Part shown: piece by piece, positions 1-13,000 of the stretch | Layout of the letters: every line of letters begins with the position of its first letter | How positions within the stretch are numbered: position 1 is the stretch's first letter | Assembly (NCBI RefSeq): GCF_037042905.1 | Contig: NC_087251.1 | Span: 25,732,001-25,792,000, forward strand | Source: Lytechinus pictus | Taxonomy: Eukaryota | DNA length: 60,000 nt | Reading direction: 5' to 3' | Program-made: the position numbers and the translations under genes | The notes under the pieces: model-generated | What the model was told of the DNA's origin: nothing | Databases searched by the model: none | The model's input: only the letters and a program-made list of their open reading frames with translations

Positions 1-117
1 CAACCAGTTATAGAGACTTACAGCTGAGGATTGACCTATTACACACCATTTGAAGGATATAAATTGGGAGATTTAACCTTTTACGCTGCAAGCCACAACA
101 CCCAGTGAACAACTTAA

Positions 118-898
118 CCCTAAAATGGCCGGGGGGGGGGGGGTTGAATCAACCCCCCCCTCAACATTTTCTGCGATCATTCCGCCGCGCGAAATTTTTT
201 GACTGCGCCACTCGCAGAATTTATACTTTTAAGTCTCGCGCATCTTTTGAGACCAAATTTACGATGCCAGGGTACGCTGTTCCGAAGTTACGCAACATTT
301 TGTAAGTGCATGTCAGACCAAAAATTGTTCCAAAACGTGATTTTGTGTACAAAGTCAATGCAAATTGAGTTTTCTCATCTTATTCATAAAGATATGATTA
401 TTTTTACTTTAAACAGCTGAAAGCAATTTATTTTAGCATAATTATGCTTCAAAAAGGTTGTGCAATAAATCTGGTGAAAAAAACAAAGAAAAACAAAAGG
501 TTGAAAAACAAGGAAATACATAAGAAATTCATAAAACAATAAAATACATAAGAAATTTATTTCTAAACCAAAGTTTTTTTCAATTGCCATTGTTAAGACT
601 GCTACAAAGAATATTTTTACCAAAAATTAGCATTCTAGGAGCTTTATTTAGTGAATTAAAGCATAAAGTATGATTTCTGCATAAATTAGCATAATTAATT
701 CATATAAAATAAAATCTCATTATTTTGGAAAATTTTACCATACAGCCTTGTAGATTACATCGCACACTACCAGCATGCAAATTTTTGCGACGCTCGCGCG
801 ATCGGCGGCCGAGATCTCAGGGGGGGGGTTGAATCAACCCCCCCCCCCCCCCCCCCCCCCGGCCACAGAACAGCCAAAAAAGCCCGGCCTAGTTAGGG
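118..898. mobile_element. Non-autonomous piggyBac-like DNA transposon
   Basis: TTAA on both sides (114-117, 899-902). TIRs CCCTAAAATGGCCGGG / CCCGGCCTAGTTAGGG, plus an internal direct repeat of GGGGGGTTGAATCAACCCCCC. Confidence 0.85.
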
Positions 899-1065
899 TT
901 AAGAGGAATAAGTCTTATCACCTATATGGTTTGATTAAAATTTCAAAATTCCAATCATCAATTGGAAGTAATCATTTAGTATAATATAGCGACAAATAAA
1001 TAAACTTGAAACTAGCTAAAATTTGAAGGTTATTTTTGCACGTCCTTTGCATGTCCATATCCTAC

Positions 1066-4000
1066 CTGAATGGATGTCTTGTACTGACGCTGGAGTAGTG
1101 TAATCCTTGTGGCTAGGTAAACACATGTACGTAATTCATTCAGCTTACTGACAATCTTATTCCTATCTACAAGGTTGTATAGAGCATTAGTCCTGTTCTC
1201 TCCCAGTAGACGGTCTCTCAATTCCACTGTGTAAAAGATACAAGCAATGGAGTTACATGGACAATATTTCTGGCTTCTTTCATCAAAATTTAAGCAAACC
1301 TGAGCGGTTTAATGCCAAGGGTGATCTATCAGATCCATTGGAGCAACAAACACCCCAAACAATGTTCTTAATTGGTATACTTCACCAGAATTCTAGCTGG
1401 TTTGGATAAATTCAACAAGGCATGCAAAAAAGTAGTAACGTCGTCGAAGTCAGTTTAAAAATGTAAATTAATGGAAATATGAATTCTGCTTCTTTTATGT
1501 GAAACAGCAATATGCATGTCAATAGAAAAAAAGGTTCTCCAGTATGAGCATAAGTCCAGAAGACAAAATCAAATATATATTGGTTATTGATATGCATGCA
1601 TATAATGTGTAAATAAGTGAGCTGATGTCATATAACCATTTTTTTTTATTCTGCATGTCATTACATGAACTCCAATATTTAATTTTTCTTAGATGTACAT
1701 AGAGTATCTCTCACTTGTAACAAAAACAGTAAGGATAATTTATCACATCAAATTATTTTTAAAAAAAGGTGGGCTTGTTTCTTGAATATCACTCATTAAA
1801 TATACATGTATAACTCAATGAAAATTGGAACAAAGAGATGAGTAGGGGAAGGCGGGGTAAGTTGTGACACTTTTTGCATTTTGCATGATAGAATTGATAT
1901 GACTAATGATATTGTAGAAATAAGTACCTCGCCTTTAAATATGATTCTTGGGAAATCTTTTTCACCTATATACAACTTTCTACCCCCACACAGAAAGTCG
2001 TTGTGACCTTTGAAAAAAACAATGTCAAGTGGCACAACTTGCCACTGTGGGGTAAGTTGTGCCACCTTCTAGGGTAAGTTGAGCCACAAAAACTACATGT
2101 ACAAAATGAATGAGGGAAGAACCAGCATGTCAATATTTCATTTAAAGTCTTTTCACTTGCTAATTCTCTATAAATACTAACATTCTCTAAAAGTAAAAAG
2201 AACTGTCATGTGAATTTGCTCTTTTCTGCCTGCATATCGATGGATTTTTAAGGTTTGATTGTTTTTTTATTTACATTACCATAAGAATTACCATGGCTCA
2301 ACTTGCCCCATGTTGGCTGGCTCAACTTACCCCAGTCCGAACTTAACGCGATAATTTCACATCCACACATTTCTTATGCATTCATCATGTAAAAGACTAT
2401 GACAAGAATGAAGGTCCATACCTGGACTAACAATATTGTTCTTATGTCTTTATTATATGTAAAGACGTGTGTGTGTAAAAAACACTTATCTATTTCACAC
2501 CCGTTTTTACTTTTTTTGCTGAAATTTGTATTTTTCCCTCTAAAAAAGTACTTTTTGTTTCAAAGGTGAAAACAATGTGGTGGGGTTAAAGGTTGTGTAA
2601 TGGGTCATCAATACATGACACCACCATAATATCTGACTCATTCATTTTTGGCCTGGGGCTGGTGGCTCAACTTGCCCCTATGCTCAACTTACCCCACCTT
2701 CCCCTAATGTTCTTTTTGGTTTCTTCAAAATAGGTATATAGGTATATGGGCAGGTAGTCTATATATAATATAAGAGCTTACAATCATTCATGCAGAATAT
2801 CCTCAAGAACGTCAACAGCTCCAGAGATACTGGTACCTTTCCCGAAGAAATATGGTAGTTCTGGGAAGGTCTAAATAACAAGAAAAGAAAAAAATATATA
2901 TCAACAAAACTGCTGACAACAAGACTTCTACTATAAATGTACATGTAGGAAAATGTTATTGAAAATCATCCAATTCCATTGTTTGGACTAAAGAATAAAT
3001 AATGTTCCTTCAAAAGAGTTAATCAAATGTCAGTAAAGCATTCTGAATATGATGGCTTGGAAAAATACTTCCAAAAATCTTGTAATAAACAGATCAAATA
3101 TCCCTATACACTACAATGCTGAAAACTGATAGAAAATAATATTGCAAACTCAATAGTATTTTTTAAAATATCATAATCATACATGTCACTAGTTGTTAAT
3201 TAAATTCTTATCAAATTAATTAATGATACAATTATCAAGCTATCAAAATTACTTTCAAGGTAAGCTCCATGACTGAATATTTGATTCTTACCACATGAAA
3301 TGAGCCCTTCCCCAAATTACATTCACAACTTCCATGGTAATTTTCATCACAAACACATTGGCATCCTTGCTCATCATCCAATCAAACTTATTTTCCTAAG
3401 AAGTTACAATTAATTGGACATTTTATGCAACATGGCCCTAGATAATAAGGTGGTGTGGAAATGACTTACACCGTAAGCTTCATTACAGCACAAAGCTGTG
3501 ATTTCATGGCATACAGTCTATCGCTGGTGCTTAGTCCTAGCTGTATGGCCATGCCATCAAAGATGTTGTCCTGGTAAATGAATCCGCTGTAGAGCAGCAG
3601 GTCAGAGCTGGAACGACGGCCGTAGCAGATGAAGATCTGCTCCCCAACGTTAAAGTCCCTGAGAGCCATGTTGATACAGGAATCTGTTTCTTCAATAAAA
3701 TCTGTCTTCATCTGAAAAAACGAATGTGATGTGGCCATCTTTATCTCACAGGAAGTTAAGTCACATCTTCATGTTATAGCTTTGACAGTTGTGGGAGTAT
3801 ACAGGTATATATGCTGCAGGATCTATATTGGTTACAACATGAAAATGGATAGGGTATAGAGATTACTTACCTCGCCATTAGCATGGTTACACATATCCCA
3901 CAATGGAATAAGACTCAAAGACAGTCCCTTGCCATCCTTGGCTGGTATCTGATTCTGTCGGGTCATCACTGTGGAAACTGCCCATCTGCACAAATGGAAT

Positions 4001-7000
4001 TGTAAGTGGCATGTCATAGATGCTTGGAGCTGTTTCCACAAGAAGATTACTAGATCACTGGCCAAATTAAAAACCTGTGAATTCTAATTAAATACCACCT
4101 TACTATAAAGAAATATTTGTGTTTTGATCCCATAATGTATTTTCCATGAAACTGGCCATAGAGATCACACACAAAGAAATGACTTTTTTGTGTCATTTTC
4201 TTATTCCTATACATTTTGTCATCAACAGTCAATAGATAAGACAATATAATTTCTTTATTATCACCTTCACCACCATCACCACCAACATCACCATCATTAC
4301 CATCACCACAATCATCATCAGCATCATCACCAACATCACCACCATCATTATCATCATCATTGTCACCGTCACCTAGTTGCATCTCTTATGAAGAAGTCAG
4401 AAGCTATGCACCTTCATTGATTTTTGTTAAATAATGAATGCTCCTTAAAATTTTCAATGAAAGCATAAGTCTTATGAATTGAGTTACCCTCTTAATGTAG
4501 TTGGAACAAATTCAGGTACATGTTATAAACTGTAAAGATTAAAATCCATAAACCTAGAAATACACCAAGCACTAACCTATAGAAGTCATATGTGAAGTGC
4601 TCTCGAAGCTGCAATTTACTATTATCAGGTAACTGGAAAAGAAATGACAAGAATGGACACAAACGTCACTGTCAACACGATCATGGTTACCATTGTCATC
4701 ATCATCATCATCAACACCATCTATTATCATCATTATCATCATTGTTAATCATCATCACCATCATCACTATCAACATTATATGTAATAAGAATCAAATTGG
4801 AAAATCTAAATCTTTATTTTGCCTCCGACGAAGATTCTGCTAGGATCGAAAGCTTAGGCCCCTTTTTGACTTTCTTCTTTCTTTATAAAAATGTAAGAAA
4901 CATTTAAAATCAAGTTTAAAACCATCACAAAAGCTTTGGTAAGGCTTATGTGTGGACAATGAAATACACAACCATTATAATAAAGGAACAAAAAAAAAAT
5001 TGTGCGCTTTAGAATAATCCCTTATTGTTGTTGTTGTTGTCGGTGTTGTCGTCGTCGTCATCATCATCATCATTATTATTAAAAGAATAATAAAAGAAAA
5101 ATGATGAGGATAGAAGAGACTTACATTGAATATTTTAAACAAGTACCCATACTGCCTTGCAATGTTTTTATACTGCTTCAAGAATTCACCTGTATAGAAA
5201 GAGAGGCTCATAGTTAATCTAAAGTTACATCAAAATGCTTTCCATTGGTAAACATGCCAATTAACGAATAACACCATGTTCTGCATGATTTCTTCTTTAA
5301 ATTGATATTTGGGAATTGGCTATGAAGTTCAACTTTAAAGACAAAAAAAAAATGCAGAATTCAAAGGCTAACAAAATGTAAAAGGGGAAGACATTATCTA
5401 CCCATTGTATTCATTTTTCTTTTTGAAATATACTTATGGCTTTCTCACAATTCAAAGTGCTACACATATCACCAGTACTTCTAATCACATGGATTTGAGT
5501 GCACCATGCATACAAACATCAACGACTCCCAACCCTTTTTTTAAAGGAGATGCATAGAACTATTTTCTAGGCCACCATGGACTTGTAAATCCATTGTGTC
5601 AGGAACATATCTCAAAGGGTTTAGAAATATAAACCTGATGTTTTAAGCATTGAAGTATAATATGATTTACTTTTTTAAAAAAGCAAAACGGGAAGAATCT
5701 TTAGTCTTACCATACACCGTAGTCCCCTGAAATAGCTTTATGTCATCAGGTGTGAAATACAGAGGGAGGTTGTATGATGAAGGCAAAATATCTACAGGTC
5801 AAAGGTCAAGGCTAACAATACTACCTTACTCAAAGCAGCAATGAAAACAACAATGTCATCATATTATTTTTCAACAAGATATAACTGTATTTACTGGGCA
5901 AAGAATTTGCCATCACCTTTTTGCAATTTGTAGTCGGGGAGATCGGGGTTAGTTGGAACGCAGGGTAAGTTGAAACATTGTAATTTTCTTTAACGCCTGT
6001 AAAATACATTTATGCAATACTGCCCTCAATTTATTGCTATTGATAATACAACAGTACCCGATCTCCCCTACTCCTGCCTTAGAATATCATGTGCAATTTT
6101 TCTCTCTGGATAAAAAAGGGTCAAATATTCTATATTAAAGGTTGTGCATAAGGCATCATAATAGTCAATGATTGAAATATAAATGTTTTGTACAGTTCCA
6201 TATATACATACTTGTGTCTCATATTATATTGATAGGTCATTACATATCTTTTCAATGATTTCGGAATCCTCACATTGTCATTGCTTTTCATGTTAATAAT
6301 AGAGAGATTAGAAGTTTCTAATCATTCATTTTCCCCCAAATTTTTCAATATATGACCAGAATTCCCTAAATTTGAAATAAAAAAACTTCTGTTCCATAGA
6401 AGATCACACTCAAAGTAATAATAAAGCTTCACTACCGCTAGGTTGACAGTAGTAAGTAACTGCAAAGTTTACCAGGGATTTTAATCAATGCTTGAAAAAA
6501 AAATAGAAACACAAAGCAGGCTTCATTTCTAAAGGATACCCAGGTATGGCTTCCAGAAGGAGTTAGGCTTCAACTTCTCAGAGATAATGAAGACAGCAAG
6601 AGCTACATTGGGCATTCCTTTCAAAAGGCGATCTCCTCGAACCAGTTCCCCTGCAAACATAACAAAACACAAAAGGATGCCTGAAATTGATCTACTAATA
6701 TACCAGTTAAGTTCCGCATCCCCTACAGGTCTTACAGAAAACATTTCAGTAAATAATAATAATAGGCATTTATATAGCGCCATCTATCTAGAAATATTCT
6801 ATTCCGAGGTGCAATATTATTATTACCCCGGCTTTAGCTTGAGCTGCCTTTCAGCGCTCATGCATTCAAGGAATTAATCCTACCGGGTACCCATTTACCT
6901 CACCTGGGTCGAGTGCAGCACAATGTGGATAAATTTCCTGCTGAAGGAAATTACGCCATGGCTGGGATTCGAACCCACAACCCTCTGTTTCAAAGTCAGA

Positions 7001-10000
7001 AGACTTATCCACTGGGCCACAACGCTCTACACTGAACAGTCAGACCGCAGGTCCCTATGCTAATGAGCAAAAAGGCCAGATTCATCCAAATCATCTCGTG
7101 GCTGAATCCTCCTCCTTGCAAAATCTCGTGATTTGTGAGATTTTCTTTCTCTAATAATTTACCTGTTTTAACCTCTAGTTAAATGAAATATTATTGCACC
7201 ATCAGATAGAGTAAATGTCATTCTTTCACAATGGTCATTTATTTTGTATACAATAGTTTGATAAATAAGTGAATTGCTAGCCTGAAAATGTGCCTCACTA
7301 CTGAATTTTCTTCCTCTGTTTTCTTTTGCAAATTGTGCAAAACTTTTTATTTTGAGCCTCAACAATATATATATCACCATAAAGCTGAACTTCTGTACTT
7401 TCTCACAATGCCACTCTTGATATGCGGCACCTTTTAATCGGGTCAAGATCACGCTTTTCCCACCAAGGTACAAGACGAGATTTCTGAAATTTTGCACTTG
7501 CATGAAATCCAGAGTTCTGATTGGCTGGATAAGGTTCACAGAGCAACAGGCGCGGGTAGTTTGAGGAGATTACCACATGGGAAGTGTGACCTTCCCATGA
7601 AGCCAGGAAGTGGAACCGTTGGAATTTGCCAGTGTGTGGTCCCTTTGACCAATCAGAGTGCAGTATTCTTGTTTTCAAGCTGCTTTATGAAAAGTGTGAT
7701 CTTGACCCGATTAAACCAATTCTTATTTTGAAACCTATACCATTTTAAAGCATACATATTCAGCTTTATCATGATATAAAAATCATTTGGGCTCAAACAA
7801 AAATAAAGTGTGAAAATAGCAGCTTTTGTCAGGTGAAAATAAATATTTTGTAGCATATTTTAGATCAAAATTTAAACCTATATTACAAAATCTTTGTATA
7901 AATTCAAACACATGACCTGAAAGAATGATTCTTCTTCTTTACAATGATACCAGAATCATGAAATTCGATGCACAATTAAAGCAGCAATGACAGAATGAAA
8001 AGAGGTGTTTTGGTCCGCATCAAGCTCATTAAATATGCAAAACTTCTCAAGTCATGAATATCACTTGGATGAAAGAAGCCACTTTTTTGGGACCTGCCTA
8101 CTGACTGTGAAATGAACTTCCTATCACAGCTTAAGCTATGGTTGTTGCTTCCAGTATGCAGTGCAAAGAATAAATGAAAGAGACAGAATCCAGAATGGCA
8201 CTAAGGGGAAATTAAGGCAACATTTCAGTTAATGTAGGTTTGATTTGTGATATGATACTGAAGGTTGATGTTACATATTTTATCTCGTCTTTAAAACTGC
8301 ACCAAATTTTTTTTCTTTTGCTTTTGCAATTGTCTTTGCTTTGTTTTTTTAAACAATTGATATGTAACACTTTTCTTTGAATAAATAAAAACAGAAAAAA
8401 AAAAAGAATATTAAATGCTATCGTGTACTCACTTATTACACCTGGGTTGCATGTAGCCAATGTAGATCAATATGAAAATCTACCATTTCATTCTTCATTA
8501 TTAGGCACAATACCAGTGGGAAGCAGGCTGCCAGGTATCCAGTAGAGTTACTCTTTGAGATCAACAGTGTTTTTTCTTTCTTTTTTCTTTTGGAAGACCA
8601 AATTATTGTTTCAGCTATTTACACAGAACCTTTCCTGGCAACTTATTGTTGGTTTTGGGGTATCTGGTCAAAATTGCAGGGACAGTGATTTTCTGCGATC
8701 ACGGAAAATGGATGGAATTCACGATATCGGCCTTTTGAAACGGGAAGTGGCTTTTCAAACGAAAAATCACAGAAAACATATTTTTCCTCAAAATGCACAG
8801 AATAGCAAAAGAAATTACTCCCATATCCTCAACGAAATACAAATATCAACTGGCCAAAAAACACGATCTCACTTCGCTACAACCATGACAATCCACACAT
8901 CGTGACTGCACTCAACTCCATCACCCAATCATATCAAAATTACATTCACGTCCGCATAAAGGCAGAGACCAGGCTGTGTGTTGCTGCCCTCTGCGATCGG
9001 TCATAACATCGTGATCGCAGTACTCCTCATATCCAAAATGGCGGATAGGCGAAAGTCGTTAAACGCTCAAAACGATGTTCAATAAGTCCCGAAATTATTG
9101 ATAAAATCTCATTCAACCGCAAAATAATGCTAATAATGTGAAAGGTGAGGATATATTCATGTTAAATATGTTTCTTTAAAGAGTTTTTGTGCTCATATCT
9201 CTTCGATTACAATAGATTTTAAAGCGTTGTTAGTACAGTGGCAGATACAAATTTTGACCTGCGCGAGCATTTTGACATTGCTATTCGTTGCGCATTGATT
9301 TTCTATGTAAACGAAATTGTCAACTTTTCATGTACACATCAGGGGCCGCGGAAGTGGGGAGGGGGCTTCAGCCCCCCCCCCTCCATTTTTTTCAAAAACC
9401 AATTTTTAGAATCAGAAAATCACTGTCCCTACAATTGTTTGGTTTATGGATAGTTGGTCTAATCTTCAGATGGGCCAGCAACATTCGGGCTAAACCCACT
9501 TAATCCAATTCTCATTTGGTCTAATTACCACTTGGTCTAATAGCCAATTAGTCTAATAACCACTTGAATAGCCAATTGGTCTAATGACCACTTGGTCTAA
9601 TAGCCATTGGGTCTAATGCCCAGTTGGGCTAATCATCTCTTGGTCTAATTTTCATTTGGTTTAATTGCATTTGGTCTAATACTAGTTCGTCTAATTGTCG
9701 GTTAGTCTAATACTAGTTGGTCTAATACCAGTTCATCTAATCCTCACTTGGTCTATCATTCATTTGGTCTATATTGCAGTTGGTCTAATGTGCAGTTGGA
9801 CTAATTTCCATTTCGGCTAATTTCCACTTGGTCTAATTTCCATTTGGGATAATGGTTTGTTGGGCTATTCCCATTAGGCCATCATACATACAGTTTATCA
9901 TGTTATTTGTATTTTTCTTTTTCATTTTTGAACCTGAACAGTGTAGAAATTTAATATTGCATTGCATGTTGTCTGCTCTAGGCCATATTAGGCCTATCCA

Positions 10001-13000
10001 TTTTCTTAAAGAGAAATTCCAGTAGTTGCAGTAAACACTGATTTCATGAGAAAGTCTGTAAAACCAGGCTTAATTGCCAGTATATCATCGAGGATCTAGA
10101 TCTGGTACAGTTACATAAACTGAACTTTGTGAAATCTTGAAAAAAAAAATAACAAGCGAAAAATAAAGTAAGTGGAAATGAGAATGATAGAGTTTGAATG
10201 AAGAAGCCCTACATTTAAAAAAAGTTGATGAAGAAAAAGTAGAAGAGGAAGTGGAGGAGGAGGAGAAAGAGGAAGAAGCATGCAGAAAAACAAGAAGACA
10301 AGTTCAAGCATCGTCCATATTAATGCGTGGTGTCTCCTCGGTGACTCAAAAAGATATTTTTTTAAAACGTTTACGTTACCCATAATCTATTATTAGTACA
10401 TTGAATTGAGCAAGGAGAACCTTTGTACTTGTCTTCATAATCCGGTTATTCTGATGTAACTTATCACTGGCAGGGCTATAGCTTAAAGGGGGGTGCGACA
10501 CCCCCACTACTCTTCATACCGTTGGAAAATCTGCACTCCCGTCAGCAAATTTGAAGTACCGTCGGCAAATCTGCACTCCCTTCGGAAAAATGAAGGGAAA
10601 AAGAGGAAAGAAAAAAGAAGAGAAGGAAAGAAAAAAAAGGACAAAAAAGGATATTGTCGGTTGGCAAATCTGCGCTCCCGTCGGCATATCTGAGGCTCGT
10701 CGGAAAATCTGCGCTCCCGTCAAAACGAAAAGATAGAAAAGGGTGAAAAGAAACATACATCAAATAAAATTTTATCTTGCTACCACATACAAAACTGCAA
10801 TTTCTTTCAAGTATTTTGTTGGGGTCATCATTCATAATCTTAGGGATCGCACCTGTTGCCCCCTCCCCCCCATCCAAGCAGTAGAACAAAAAACAGAATG
10901 AGAAGATAAGATGAATGACTAACAAAATATTCCAAAACAAAATTACATGATCTAATGGCTTTGTAACTTTTGGAATCCCCCAAACTGCATAACTATTTGC
11001 TTATTTACCATCAAGTTCAAGTATCGTCCGTAATGGTGCATAACAATGATTATAAAAGAGGCATAAACATGTTTACCAGATACGTATCCACACAATCAAT
11101 TACATTATAATTTCATTTTTGTTCCTTTCTTCATAATAATGTTATTCTGATGAAACCCCCACCATTCGACCTTTAAAGCTACAAGGTCCCCAACTTATTA
11201 TTTACCCAATAATTAGAATCCGCAAGCATGTGGTGATGTAATGATTATGAGTATAATATAATTGTCAGCATCATAGGTATAATTGATATAGGCCTAATTA
11301 TAAGAATTATATTTGATTAGAATAATTAATTTGATGAGTGACTATCTTGTCATAGGTAGTCCTTCACGGAGAGGTTTGCGCCCTCCACCAGCCCTACCCC
11401 GGCTCTACCCCTCCGGATCCTGGTGACATGTATTAACAGATGCATGGTGTATTTTATTTATTTCAGTTTTCTTTTACCAGGGTAGCCCCTTCAGTTACGT
11501 AAACTGATTTACAAGAGGGCCCTGGGAATGATAAAAGACATAAAAACATACAAAGATAAATCAATAAAAATGAATTTAGTAGTCAAATACATCATTACGA
11601 TAAGAATATTTAAGATTACAATTTTTCAGAGTTTCAATAATAGAATACATAGTTTAATCAAATGTAACAATTAAAAAGAATAACAATTTAAAATCTACTG
11701 CATAATATAATCATAGTTGAATCAAAGAGTACCTCACCCCCCCCCCCCCCCATATCACCAGATTGAATCCGGGTGCTTTCAGTATAAGATCACCAAGTAT
11801 GACTCAACAGACGACATGTTCGTTTAAAAAATTAAGTGAAAGGCTCATCTGCACTGAACAAGGAAGATTATTAAATGCTTGACTGCCAGAATATGAAAGA
11901 GATTTCTTCATGTAATCTGTGCTAGGTGTTGGTACGAGTAAAGGACAATTACTTGCATAGCGTGTGGCATAAAAACTGTTCGTTTGTTAATCAAAGGGTC
12001 AAAATATGGGGGTGCTAATCCGTTCAGGATCTTATATACTGTAACACATTGCTGGTATTTGATTCTCTGTTCCATTGACTGCCATTTCAATTTGTTCAAC
12101 AAACAGATCTGGATGCATAGTGATCAGCATTTAAGAGAAGTTTTGCACATTTATTTTGAACCGTTTGAATTCTTCTTTACATTGCTTTTCGAGCGTTTTC
12201 CGTATATTGCACAACAATAAACCGACAAAATATGGTATTCAATTTTTTATCTTTAACTCAATCCACATTATTTCTAGTTCATCAATTTCCAGATCATATC
12301 TCCTGACATACACAAGACCTTCTTTAATGTACCAACCAACTCCACCTCTAAGGGTCTTTACATTTACTCTATCCTTTCTTTCAAATTTGAATCCATCTAT
12401 ATTGAACATATTTGTAGGGCAGTTATTACATAGCCATGTTTCTGAGAGAGAAAGAATATCATATGGATTATTTTGTAGAAATAGATCAATATCATCTCGC
12501 TTATTTCTTAAACTCCTAATATTCAAATGTGTGACCTTGATTCCTCTGTCTTTAGGAAAGTTACAAGGTACAGTGCCTGGTGTGACAATTTAATTAACAT
12601 AAAAGTCAACATTTTCATGTGAAGAAGTGTCAGCTTCAGTTCCCTGAAAATCAAATGGCAGTTGCTGAAACATACAGTGTACAAATCCAGTCATCTGGGC
12701 ATTTTCACCACAGATGGACACAGAGGCAAAAAAATCAAGTTGATATTCATGTCAAATGCTTTATGTTTTTTAATAAAACAAGACCTGAAGTTTCTGAGAC
12801 AAATTTTTTTTCCGACTCTGGCAGCCATTTTTTATTTCAAAATGGCTGCCAAAGTATGGATACAAATTAGTGTTGAAAATAGTATTTTGATACATATTTT
12901 GTTTTGACAGATTTTTAAAGAACAGGTTTGATCATGATGTTTTTGCCTGTGATTTAGCTTGCTATTATAACACTTTTTAAAATCCCACAGAAAGAAACAC

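Noticed and set aside
4050..4382. Asp/Gly-rich ORF, and similar low-complexity ORFs at 10194, 38072 and 50780
   Set aside because: These are translations of intronic microsatellites or purine tracts.
9451..9870. Regularly spaced TTGGTCTAAT repeats as a CRISPR array
   Set aside because: The units are about 20 bp, degenerate, and mirrored at 16728-17150, consistent with modular transposon ends.
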